The notes below the pieces were generated by a model, which saw only the letters and a list, made by a program, of their open reading frames with translations, did no database searches and was not told where the DNA came from. A stretch of 32,000 nucleotides of DNA, taken from NCBI RefSeq assembly GCF_000007985.2, contig NC_002939.5, forward strand, positions 30,001-62,000, in the 5' to 3' direction. How positions within the stretch are numbered: the first letter of the stretch is position 1; every line of letters begins with the position of its first letter. The translations under genes and the position numbers were made by a program. Shown here piece by piece: positions 19,541 to 29,900 of the stretch. This DNA is from Geobacter sulfurreducens PCA. GTDB lineage: Bacteria; Desulfobacterota; Desulfuromonadia; Geobacterales; Geobacteraceae.

Positions 19541-19920
19541 CACTTTCCGTGGCCTCTGCCGTGGCCTACTGCGAAAATCCTCCCCTAAACCTCCTCCATG
19601 GAATAATATATCAATCCTGCTTCTGCTGGCGGCGACGCGAGATAAAGTCTGCTAGAGCGCGGACGACGATCAAGGTCATGACCAATGATGCCGTAATCAG
19701 TTCGGAAAATCAAGTTCTTGCAACCACATTAGCTGTTTGATCAAGTGTTGCAGTAAACGGCATCGAGCATGCTGGGTAATGGTGAGGAGGAGTAAATAGA
19801 TGGGAAGGAAGGCGGTGCACAAAATACCTGCGTGAGCTTCATGGGCCTATTCATGACAAGTTCAAGGAAGATTGCAGAGCTTGATTTCTTCCGGCTGAAA
19901 AATATTGGAAAAACCCTTCT

Positions 19921-20363
19921 CCCGATGCCGACGTAACGGATGAATATATTCAATAGCTTGTTGATGCGGCAATGGAGTTTGGTATCCCTGTGGGAGGATC
20001 CTGACCCAAGGGGAGATTAGCCGAAGACGGCACAGTCCCTGATATCTACCCAATGATCGAATAGGAATCTCGAAGCTACAGTTCACGGACAGAGCAGAAC
20101 GTTATCGACTCGGACGGTACACTTATCCTCAATAGGGGGAAGCTTTTGGGCGGGACTTTGCACACGGTGGAATACGCCCAAAAATATGCTCGACCCTGCC
20201 TAGTAGTCCGTCTGGACGCTGAATGTGATTTTGCAACCGTAACGCGGTGGATCGCGGACGAGAAAATCCGGTCCTCAACATCGCTGGACCGCGGGAATCT
20301 AAATTTCCCGGTATTCAAGAGAAAGCACTGGCGTTTCTCCGCGAAGTCTTCGCAGAAAGTTAA
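19921..20363 (+). pseudogene. Disrupted SLOG-fold YpsA-like / 'putative molybdenum carrier' family gene
   Basis: One reading frame gives ..LVDAAMEFGIPVGGS*PKGRLAEDGTVPDIYPMIE*ESRSYSSRTEQNVIDSDGTLILNRGKLLGGTLHTVEYAQKYARPCLVVRLDAE..VTRWIADEKI. In-frame stops occur at 19954-56, 20002-04 and 20062-64. After a frameshift near 20265-20270 a second frame gives PVLNIAGPRESKFPGIQEKALAFLREVFAES*, with its stop at 20361-63. I recognise the DSDGTLIL, GGT..T and LN(V/I)AGPRES pattern from memory of this family. The 5' limit is uncertain. Confidence 0.5.
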
Positions 20364-20368
20364 TCACC

Positions 20369-21040
20369 ATGTGCGGCCGATTCACCCTCACGCTCCCGCC
20401 TGACCTGCTGGCCGAGATCATCGGCGAGATCGAGGCTGCCCGCGTCCAGCCACGGTACAATATCGCTCCGGCCCAGGAGGTGGCAGTGGTCCGCCAGGAT
20501 GCCGGCGGCCGGCGCCATCTGGACTACCTCCGCTGGGGCCTGATTCCCCCGTGGGCCAAGGATGCCTCCGTGGGCAACCACATGATCAACGCCCGTTCCG
20601 AGACAGTGGCGGAGAAGCCTGCCTTCCGCCACGCTTTCCGCTCCCGGCGCTGTCTCGTGCTCGCCTCGGGCTTCTACGAATGGAAGGCCGAAGGGAACCG
20701 CAAACAGCCCCTCTATATCCACATGAAGGACGGCGGCCCCATGGTCTTTGCCGGGCTCTGGGAAAGCTGGAAATCCCCTGAGGGGGCAATCGTCGAATCC
20801 TGCACCATCCTCACCACGTACAGCAACAGCCTCATCCGCCCTCTCCACGACCGGATGCCCGTGATCCTCGGCCGCAGCGACTGGGACATCTGGCTGTCCC
20901 GCGAGGCGACCAGTGAGGAGCTTACCCCGCTCTTCCAGCCGTACCCCTCGGACCTTCTCGCCATGTACCCCGTGGGAACCGGCGTGAACAGCCCGCGCAA
21001 CGACTCGCCGGACCTTCTCGAACCCCTGAACGAGCCGTAA
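20369..21040 (+). CDS. SOS-response-associated peptidase (SRAP; YedK/HMCES family abasic-site sensor)
   Basis: The N-terminus MCGRF provides the catalytic Cys2. YNIAPAQ, LRWGLIPPWAKD, INARSETVAEKPAFR and RRCLVLASGFYEW are present. 223 aa. Confidence 0.9.
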   Translation: MCGRFTLTLPPDLLAEIIGEIEAARVQPRYNIAPAQEVAVVRQDAGGRRHLDYLRWGLIPPWAKDASVGNHMINARSETVAEKPAFRHAFRSRRCLVLASGFYEWKAEGNRKQPLYIHMKDGGPMVFAGLWESWKSPEGAIVESCTILTTYSNSLIRPLHDRMPVILGRSDWDIWLSREATSEELTPLFQPYPSDLLAMYPVGTGVNSPRNDSPDLLEPLNEP

Positions 21041-21072
21041 CCCCCGCCCTGGCGGACGTAGATCGAGCGCCC

Positions 21073-21101
21073 TTGACAGGTCGCCTGTACGGTGATAGGT
21101 T
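21073..21101 (+). promoter_or_regulatory. Sigma70-like promoter of lexA
   Basis: TTGACA at 21073-21078, a 17-nt spacer, then TAGGTT at 21096-21101. Confidence 0.45.
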
Positions 21102-21115
21102 GTCACATGTATACC
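21098..21115 (+). promoter_or_regulatory. LexA operator (Geobacter-type SOS box GGTT-N2-C-N4-G-N3-ACC)
   Basis: ggttgtcacatgtatacc fits GGTTNNCNNNNGNNNACC exactly. It overlaps the putative -10 and lies 27 nt upstream of the lexA ATG. The motif is recalled from published work on Geobacter sulfurreducens LexA. Confidence 0.75.
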
Positions 21116-21141
21116 ATGACTGATGACAACCCGGAGGAGCC

Positions 21142-21747
21142 ATGCAGGAACTTGCCCCCCGCCAGCAACAGGTCCTCGCCTTCATCACCGGCTTCATCGC
21201 CGAAAACGGCTACCCGCCGACCCTGCGGGAAATCGCCGCCCACCTCAAGATAAGCGGCACCCTCGGGGTCTCCAAGCACCTGGAGGCCCTGGAGCGCAAG
21301 GGGTACCTGCGCCGGGAGGCCAACAGCTCGCGGGGGATCGCCCTTGTCGGTCGGACAGACACAGCGCTCTCCCTCCCCGTGGCGGGAGTGGTCCGGGCCG
21401 GGCTCCCCCAGCCGGCCGTGGAGGACATCGAGGAGTATTTCGCCATCGACCGGAGCATGGTGCGGGGTGGCACCTTCTTTCTGCGGGTCAAGGGTGACTC
21501 CATGATCAACGCCGCCATTGTGGAAGGAGATCTGGCCCTGGTCCGCCCCCAGGCCACGGCGGAGAACCGGGACATCGTGGTCGCCATGGTGGACGGCGAG
21601 GCCACCCTCAAGCGCTTCTACCGGCAGCGGGACCAGATCCGCCTCCAGCCCGAGAACCCCAACATGGACCCCATCATCATCCGGCCGGGGGAGGGGGACG
21701 TGGCGATCATCGGCAAGGTGGTCGGCATCTACCGACCCCTGGAGTAG
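21142..21747 (+). CDS. lexA: LexA repressor (S24 self-cleaving)
   Basis: The N-terminal wHTH is LTPRQQQVL-like (APRQQQVLAFITGFIAENGYPPTLREIA). An Ala-Gly cleavage site (VAGVV), the Ser nucleophile (KGDSM) and the Lys (ATLKRF) are present. Confidence 0.93.
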   Translation: MQELAPRQQQVLAFITGFIAENGYPPTLREIAAHLKISGTLGVSKHLEALERKGYLRREANSSRGIALVGRTDTALSLPVAGVVRAGLPQPAVEDIEEYFAIDRSMVRGGTFFLRVKGDSMINAAIVEGDLALVRPQATAENRDIVVAMVDGEATLKRFYRQRDQIRLQPENPNMDPIIIRPGEGDVAIIGKVVGIYRPLE

Positions 21748-21753
21748 AGCGCC

Positions 21754-22002
21754 ATGGAACGGGTAGCACAACAGGTCAAGGTGGCGGCCGTCTTTGCCCC
21801 GGGGAGCCGGATCAGACCCGTCTGGTTCGAGTGGAACCGGGAGAAGCACGCCATCACCCAGACCACCTACTTCTGGCGGGACCGGGTGGGGGAGGTGACC
21901 GTCCTGCGCTTTGCCGTCACCGACGGCAGCTCCCTCTTTGAGCTCTCCTACAACACCCGCGACCAGAACTGGACCCTGGATGGGGTGGAGGCGGCACCGT
22001 GA
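21754..22002 (+). CDS. Hypothetical 82-aa protein inside the lexA-dinB operon
   Basis: The ATG lies 6 nt after the lexA stop, and the stop overlaps the dinB GTG (GTGA, 21999-22002). Composition and codon usage look like the flanking genes. I recognise no motif. Confidence 0.6.
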   Translation: MERVAQQVKVAAVFAPGSRIRPVWFEWNREKHAITQTTYFWRDRVGEVTVLRFAVTDGSSLFELSYNTRDQNWTLDGVEAAP

Positions 22003-23240
22003 GCGGGGGAGAGCCCAGGCAGCGAACCATCCTCCACATCGACATGAACGCCTTTTTCGCCAGTGTCGAACAGCAGGCGAACCCGAGCCTCCAGGGAAAA
22101 CCCATCGCCGTTGTCGGCTCCGGCCGCACCGTGGTCACCACCGCCTCCTATGAGGCCCGGGCCTTCGGCGTCAAGACCGGCATGAACAAGTGGGAAGCGC
22201 TCCAGGCCTGCCCCCACCTCATCCTGGTCGTGGGTGACAACCGCAAATACACCCACACCTCCACCCAGATCAACCGGATCTTCCGGGACTTCACCCCGGA
22301 GGTGGAAACCTTCTCCATCGACGAAGCCTTCCTCGACGTCACCGGCTCCCTGGCGCTCTTCGGCTCCGCCGAAACCATCGCCTGCCGGATCAAGGCCCTG
22401 ATCCGCCATCGTTTCGGCCTGACCTGCTCCATCGGCATCGCCCCCAACAAGCTCCTCGCCAAACTCGCCTCTGACATGAAAAAGCCCGACGGCCTCACCA
22501 TCATCCGCCCGGAAGAGGTGACCCGCCTCATGGAGATCATCCCCATCCAGGACCTCTGCGGCATCGGCGTCAAGACCAGAAAACAGCTCAACAGCCTCGG
22601 CATCCAGACCTGTGGCGAGCTGGGGCGCTTCCCGGTGGAGATCTTGCGGCGCACATTCGGGGTGATCGGCGACCGGCTCCACCTCATGGGCAAGGGGATC
22701 GACGATTCCCCCGTGGTCCCCGTCGAGGAGGCCGAAGAGGTAAAGAGCGTCGGCCACTCCATGACCCTGGACAGGGACCTCACCGCTCGACGGGACATCC
22801 TCAAATACCTCCTCCAGCTCTCCGAGATGGTGGGCCGCCGGGCACGGCGCTACGGCGTTGCCGGCAAGACGGTCCATCTCACCATCCGCTATGCCGACTT
22901 CACCACCGTGGGCAAGCAGCAGACCCGGAACCAGGCCACTAACAGCACAGAGGAAATTTACGCCGAAGCGGTGAAGATCCTCGACACCTTTGAGCTGCTG
23001 CAGCCGGTGCGTCTTCTGGGGGTGCGGATCACGAACCTGTGCTACCAGCGGGAACAGTTGCCGCTCTTCGAGAAGGAACGGAGGAAGGCCCTTGCCACCG
23101 GGGCCATGGACGCGGTGAACAACAGGTATGGCGACTTCTCTGTCACCTTCGGGAGCCTCCTTGATGAAGAGGAGAAGGGGAGCTTCGTCATCTCCCCGGC
23201 CTGGCGGCCGGAGGGGATCAGGAATGTGGAGGTGAAGTGA
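21999..23240 (+). CDS. dinB: DNA polymerase IV (Y-family)
   Basis: Y-family motifs are present: ILHIDMNAFFASVEQ, SIDEAFLDVTG and IGIAPNKLLAKLASDMKKPDG, plus a little-finger region. GTG start. Confidence 0.93.
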   Translation: MSGGEPRQRTILHIDMNAFFASVEQQANPSLQGKPIAVVGSGRTVVTTASYEARAFGVKTGMNKWEALQACPHLILVVGDNRKYTHTSTQINRIFRDFTPEVETFSIDEAFLDVTGSLALFGSAETIACRIKALIRHRFGLTCSIGIAPNKLLAKLASDMKKPDGLTIIRPEEVTRLMEIIPIQDLCGIGVKTRKQLNSLGIQTCGELGRFPVEILRRTFGVIGDRLHLMGKGIDDSPVVPVEEAEEVKSVGHSMTLDRDLTARRDILKYLLQLSEMVGRRARRYGVAGKTVHLTIRYADFTTVGKQQTRNQATNSTEEIYAEAVKILDTFELLQPVRLLGVRITNLCYQREQLPLFEKERRKALATGAMDAVNNRYGDFSVTFGSLLDEEEKGSFVISPAWRPEGIRNVEVK

Positions 23241-23351
23241 GGATAGGACCGCTTAATCAAGTCATTGCCATGGAAAATGGACTGCACAGGCATGCCTGGA
23301 AGTTTTCACCAACGACCAGTGGCGGAGGGGTGAAGGTCTACGATCGTTGCA

Positions 23352-23800
23352 TCATTTTGTTCTATTCTCCATCTCTAAGATTACGGCCCCCATTTTCGAT
23401 AAGTTTGTACGGATCAAATCGACATACTCCGCGATGGGTTCGACTAATTCAGGCCCAGAAGTTGTGAGAGGCAGGTTCTTGCTCCGGTAATAAAAGGAAC
23501 TCCCGAAATTGTTGAACCATTTCTGCCCCTTAGGGTATTCGTCTTTAATAGCACTCAAACGGACAGAGGCATTCAAATCAAACCAAATCTCTTTATTCTT
23601 CAGTCGTTCCGCTATGTTAATCGCGTAAGCTTCCCTCGATTTCAAAATTCAATCTGAAACTGTTACCCTGAATCTGGATACCCACAACGGCTGGGCTACC
23701 CTCGTTCTCCTTCTGGTCAGCTACAACATACTTCAGCCATGTAGGATGGATGAAAACTTTGGAGTTGCGATTCCGTATGCAGAGCCAAGACGCTATGTAG
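23352..23800 (-). pseudogene. Remnant of an unidentified gene (frameshifted); includes the 97-aa ORF 23352..23645
   Basis: The 97-aa ORF begins with TTG immediately after an in-frame stop. A neighbouring minus-strand frame reads ..KVFIHPTWLKYVVADQKENEGSPAVVGIQIQGNSFRLNFEIEG and ends where the 97-aa ORF starts, which suggests a 1-nt frameshift. GC is lower than in the flanks. I recognise no family. Confidence 0.3.
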
Positions 23801-23923
23801 CCTTAGTGAAAGACCTCAATGCGGCCACACCAGAGATAACCGCGCTAGTACTAACAGGGGAAGCCTACGGATATGACTGCCGCTTGCCTCAACTTTCCGG
23901 TGTTTCCATCGTCACATATTTGG

Positions 23924-26900
23924 TCACCTGATCACTAACTTCTCTACCACTACAGATCCATTGAAAATTGTGAGGCTTCCATTTATTGTTGTGACGCCAG
24001 CATTTCCGGAGTACTGGTCATCGTAACCGCCTTTTAGCATCACCGAAATGTTCCTGTTGAGAACACATGCTTCTGTCAGGTTTATTCCCCATATCTGTAT
24101 AGTGCTGTTCGATGGAGCAGCATTATAAGCCGCCTGAATAGTCGAATAATACAAGGGCGACGGACTATCTAGACGCACAACGTGCGTATCATCTTTCGTG
24201 AAAGTAGCCGTCACTGTGGTATTCGACTGGAGCGAAATAATACAGTTTCCGGTACCCGAGCATGCCCCTGACCAGCCAGTGAACAACGAATAGTCCGGTT
24301 CTGCCGTAAGGGTGATGGTTGAGCCGCTTTCGTAGAACCCTCCGCAGGTGCTGTTACAGGAAATACCGACCGAAGGACCGGTGATTGCACCCTTACCAGT
24401 ACCGTTAATAGTGATGTCAAGGCGATAGCCCGCACGGACTGTTATGTTAGCGCCAGTTGCATTGCCGGTATTTCCGGCAGCATCGGTGGCGCGAGCTTTG
24501 ATGCTGACAGCCCCTGGCTCGGGCAGTTGCCAGTCGAAGCTCCAGTTTGTCGTCCCGCTTGCCACTCTCCAGCTCTGGCCACCGTCGGTTGACACCTCAA
24601 CCCTCTGGATACCGCTCCCATTGCCATCACCAGCTGTCCCCTTGATGATATAACTCGGCCCGCAAACTGTCTCTCCAGAGACAGGGAGGCTTATGGCTAT
24701 TGATGGTGCCTGCTGATCAAGGCCCACTACTCGGGAGTCTATTGTTTGATTACCAGCCTCATCCACCGCAGCAGTATTTATCTGGTTAAGTCCCGGCAAG
24801 AGAGTAAGTGACTGCGAAAAGGACCCATCATAAGCAAGTGGCACACTGACCCCGTTAATCGTTAACCGACTTACTCGTGTTCCGTCCGTGGTCTTGCCTG
24901 TTAATTCCACCGTCGACAAGCTTGTCCATGACCCTGCAACCGGAGCTGTCACCGACAAGGATGGGCCAGTTGTATCGACGACAAACTGTTCCGTTTGTAC
25001 AGAGCTGGCATTGCCAGCAAGATCAATGGCGACAAGTTTCAGTATCGCGTTACCACTCACAAGTATCGGTTTTGAATAGACTGACGATGCGGTCGTCGGG
25101 TTCGTGCCGTTGAGCGTATAGTAGATGGTTGCAGGCTCGCTGGTCGTGAGCGTAACAGTTTGGCCAGAGTTGTATATCCCGCTCCGCAAAGAGAGGTTGA
25201 CTGTCGGGCTTACTGTGTCAAGGGTTATTGTCGCGTTCAACGGTGCAGTTGTAGCATTGCCTAACTTGTCGCGATACCAGGCATGAACCGTCTTCGGGCC
25301 GTCCCCTGCCGGTATTACCCATTCCTTTGTCCCGATATAAGGTTCCCACCTCGAACAAACATTGTCATTGCTGACGCACATTTCAGAGGCGCCGCTGGCA
25401 TCTTTTGCAGTGAGTTTCAGTGAAACTGTAGTACTTCTTGTAAACGTTCGCCCATCATCTACGACTACAGAACCAATCGGCGACTGACTGTCACTCATAC
25501 CAGCGGCGACACCCGTGAGTTGTGCCGATAGAAGTGGGGTATTGCTGTCGGAAGTTGGTATCTCCACCTGTGCACTTTTGGCGCCGGAATAGGAGGGAAC
25601 AAACTGAACATCTACCGTGCAGGTCGACGCCGCAGCCATACTCTTTCCAGAGCACCCGTTCGCGACTACAGTAAACTCATAGGGGTTAATCCCGGTTGTT
25701 GTCAGACTGCCAAGGTCTATGCTTTCTGATCCGGCATTGGTAACAGTCAACCGCATCGTTTTAACACTGCCAGTATAAGTTCCGAAATCCAGCGCGATTG
25801 GCTTTAAGTGTGCCCCGCTGTTAACTGATAACGATACTCCCGCTTCCCCGTTTCCGAGCCTGTCCCTTGTGGAGTACGTTTCGCTGCTCCTCTGTGCTGA
25901 ACCTGCACTGAAATTCCCGTGTCGCAGTGTGTATCCTTCACTGATCGCGATTACGTTGTAATGAGCAGGATCGGTGTCGCTGGCATCGGGGAGCCCGTCG
26001 CCGTCACTGTCTGCACTGATAAAAGGATCACTGCCATTTGCAGTTGTGTGGAAGACATATACTTCCAGGTAGTCACTCAAACCGTCACTGTCCGAGTCTG
26101 CCAGAATGGGCTTCGTCCCCTTCAGATATTCCTGGAGGTTGACCATCCCGTCGCCATCGGGATCAGCCTGGGCATCGGCCCGGTCGTGGGGATTCAACCC
26201 GTTCGCTGCCTCCCAGACATCGGGCATGCCGTCGTTGTCGTCGTCATCGTCAACGATATCGGCGATGCCATCGCCATCGCTGTCAGCAAGCCCCAGGTAA
26301 CCTGTCTGCCGGCCAAGCGCATCGTTCAGAGCATAGTTTTCGCTCTCGCGTTGCCCGCCCCCCTGGTTGAACCCGACCTGCTGCAGGGAGTCGCGCAGGA
26401 TGTAGCTGTCGCTCAGCTGTGCCGCACCAGTTTGCGAGAAGCTGGCCCGCTTCAGTACGTAATTATCACTGCTGCTGTCCATCTGGGGGTTGTCGGCCTT
26501 GGTCGGGTCGGTTCCCTGCTGGTACTCGCGCTGGTTGTTCCAGCTATCGCCATCCGGGTCAGCCTGGGAATCGATCGTGCCTACCAGGGCATAACGGTTG
26601 GCCCAGGCATCGGGGAAGCCGTCGTTGTTGCTGTCGTTGTCATAGGCGTCTGGGATGCCGTCGCTGTCGACATCGGCCGACAGATACTCGATCTCGGCGA
26701 TTTTGTAGGTCGACTCAATGCCGTTCCTGCGGACTTTGAAGTAAACTGTCTTCTTCCCCGGATCGCCGGTGAGTGTGTAGGAAATGGCGGTTCCGTATGG
26801 CTGCCAGCTGGCTCCGGCGAATTCTGGTGACTCGCTGGCCAAGAACTCGCTCGGGTTGCCGATGGTGACGTTGCTGAGAGTCACCTGCCGGGTGGTGGTG

Positions 26901-29900
26901 TACGGCTGGCCGTTGTTGAGGGAGAACAGGGCCACGATCGGTTTCTGGTCCGTCTTGCCGGTCACCGCATGGGGGCCTGCGCCTGCTTCCCCATAGGTGT
27001 ACTGGGCCATGCTGGTGGTCCCGTTCTGCACGCTGGTTTCGGTCAGCATGTTGCCGATGGGGTTGTAGAGGTAATCCTTCCGGTAGCCGCCGGCGCCGGC
27101 ATCCTCGGCCATCAGCAGCCGGTTGAGCGGATCGTAGGTGAAGTTCTCGGTGCGCGGCGATGCAGGCTGCGTGGCGTTGACGATCTTCTTCACATTGCCC
27201 ACATAGTCGTATTCGTAACTGAAGTTCTGAATGTTCGTCGTGAGAATCCGCTTCAGGTGGAAGTTTTCCGGGTAGTAATTGAACTGGGTCGCGAGGCCGT
27301 TAATGTAGCCACGCCGCGTTTCGCTCCCTGCCTGGTTGTAATCGATGGCGCTGAGAATTCCGGAGATTGCCGACAGTTTCCCCATGCCGTTGTAGGAGAA
27401 GGTCGTCACCTGGCCGTCCGGGTAGGTCTGGCTCGTCAGGCGGTCCATAGGGTCGTACGCCCACGAGGTCGTCCAGGTCATGCCGTCCATTGTGCGGGTT
27501 TCGCCGGTCTTGCGCAGCCGCGCGTCGTAGGTGTAGGCGACCGTGCCCAGAGCGTCGGTCACCCGCGACAGGGCACCAACTTTCCCTTCGTCATAGACGT
27601 AGCTAATGTCCGGATCGTTCGGGTAATCGACCTTCGTCACCCGGTTCAGGGGGTCGAACGTGAACCTCGTGGCAATCCCCTTTGCATCGGTGGTGGCGAT
27701 GATATTGCCGACCCGGTCGTAACGGGATGTCCGTGTGCCGAGATCAGGATCCACCACTTTCGTCTTCCTTCCCAGGGAGTCGTAGCTGTGGGTGGTGGTG
27801 TTCCCCAGGTGATTGGTGGTCGTCAGCAGCTCCCCCAGCGGATTGTAGCCGTAGCGGGTGAGATAGGTCTCGCTGCCGTTCACCTCCGCCACCTGCGCCA
27901 GTTTGCCGTCCGCATCGAACCACTTCTGCTTCAGGTGGCTGTTCTCGTTGGTTTCCGTGACGGACCAGTGGTTGTAACTGCGCAGGCTAAAGGTCCCGTC
28001 GGGATTAGTTACCTTTAGCGGCCGCCCAATGGGGTCATACTCGGTCACCGTCTTCGGTGTCGCCAGAGGAGCAGAATAACCGACGCTTGCGGTGGCGAGG
28101 TATGGCAGGGAGCGCCCCGACTCGCGCCCCATAGCGTCGTGGAAGGTATCGACCACAATCTGGGATGCCGGGTTCTGGTATTCGGCCCTGGTCTGGATGA
28201 CCCGGCCGAGGCCGTCCACCGACTGGATAGTATCCAGCGTATTGGCCGTGCCCGCCTGTTCGCGGGCCTTCACGGTCACGTTCTCCGGGGCGCTGCCGTC
28301 CAGGTTGTAATTGATCTCCGTCGTCGGGAAGGCGAGAGTGTCACCCGGCTTGACCACCTTCATCAGCCGCTTGAAGTTGTCATAGACGTACACCGTCTCG
28401 GCGCCGTTCGGGTCTCTCTCCAGCACCGGCTTGCCGATGGCTGGGTCGAACTGCCGCTCCGTCACCTGCCCCTTGGCATTGGTCACCCGCACCGGGAAGG
28501 CATGGTAGTCCGCATCGTACTCCACCTTCGTCGCCCGCCCCTCGGGGTCGATGGTCTCAATGCGGTTGCCATAGCTGTCGTAGCGGTAGGTGGTTACCGG
28601 GTTCTCGCCGCTATCCAGGAAATGCTCCTCCCGTGTGAGGTTCCCCTGCACCGGCACCGCATTCAGATCGCCTCCGTCGTACTGGAACCAGCTCTCCCGC
28701 AGGTGCGCCCCGCCGGGCGTTGCGGCGCTGTAGAGGCGTTTTACCCTATTCAGCAGCCAGAGGTTCTCGTTCTGGGCGTATTCCCGGAAGGTGAACAGCT
28801 CGTCGCCACTGACAGCAGCATCGCCATAATCTGCCTCCAGGGTCACGTTGCCGAACTGGTCGAACTGGTAGTCTTTCACCACCTGCTTCGGGCTTGCCGC
28901 CACACCGTCATAGGTGAAGGTCTCCACCCGGTCGAGGGTCACATTATGGACACCGTCGGCTGTGGTCGCCGACCAACTGTTCACGGTTTTGATGTACGGT
29001 TTGCCGGCGGCATCCGTCGTCAGCGTCTGGGCTTCGGTCCCTTTCAGGGCATCGTCCTGGTTGAAGGTATGGATGACTTGCGAGATTATGTTCGTGCCAT
29101 CCCGATGGGTTTCCGTCACCATGCCGAAGCCGCGAAATTCGTTGGAAGGAACGTCGAACAGCCCGTTCGCACAGGCATAACCGGTGGTCACAATGGTCCT
29201 CTGGGAGTTGCCGGCCGGCAAGCCATTGTCCCTAGTCACCGATGACACCACCCAGTAGTTGGAGGGGAGGCTGCTGTTCGGGCAGGTGGAGGAAGGGGCA
29301 TAGGCAATAGTGGTAACACCCCCCAGGTCACTGGTGATCGTCTCCAGCAACCTGGTCTGGGCATCGGCCTGTGTGTAGGTGAACCGGGTCGGCGGCAGTG
29401 AGGTGACGCCATCAGAGCCGTATTTGGTGATGCTGGAAAGGAGCGATAGCGGCGTTTCCGGGGTTATGGGGGAATATGCCAGCCTGATACTCTTCACCAG
29501 GCTGCCGCTGACCGAGACGTCGATCCTGCTCAACCGTTTAGCGATGGTGACTGCGGAGCCTTCATCCACCAGCGAAACCGGGTCGGGCCGGTCTTCCCAA
29601 GTAAATTCAATGACCCGCTGCCGGTCGTTGTTGTATTCGATCCTGCCGGGATAGACGACTCCCTGGTCTTCCACGTAGGAATAATAGATGGCGTTGCCGT
29701 TCGTGTCGGTGATCCTGTCCAGGCTCCAGCGCCACCCCTGGGGGGTCTCCGGAATGCCGGGGTAGAGAATGTTGTCCGCATCCTGCGTGATGCCGAAGGA
29801 ATATCTGGTGCCGTCCTTGGCAGTCACCTCCCAAGCTTCGCCGGAACTGTTTGCAGCGCAGGGTTTCTTCTCGATCTTCAGGTACGATTCGATTCTGGTG

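Noticed and set aside
19590-19700. Small hydrophobic peptide on the minus strand (..LITASLVMTLIVVRALADFISRRRQQKQD*) resembling a type I toxin, near the SOS module
   Set aside because: It has no SD, no obvious promoter or antisense RNA structure and no LexA box, and it lies in a region that looks decayed. It is too short to distinguish from chance.
20360-22877. Minus-strand ORFs of 248, 248 and 309 aa opposite the SRAP, lexA and dinB genes
   Set aside because: The plus-strand frames have textbook catalytic motifs. The antisense products are Gly/Arg/His-rich with no recognisable domains.
23746-23931. 61-aa + strand ORF overlapping the stop of the giant gene
   Set aside because: It has no RBS and no recognisable motif, lies in the decayed spacer and overlaps a convergent gene end. 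It is probably spurious.
25919-29245. Three long + strand ORFs (303, 349 and 368 aa) inside the giant gene region
   Set aside because: They are antisense shadows of the 2117-aa ORF. They have no motifs, Val/Gly/Arg-rich products and no RBS, whereas the minus-strand frame carries dozens of recognisable YD, TSP3 and Ig motifs.
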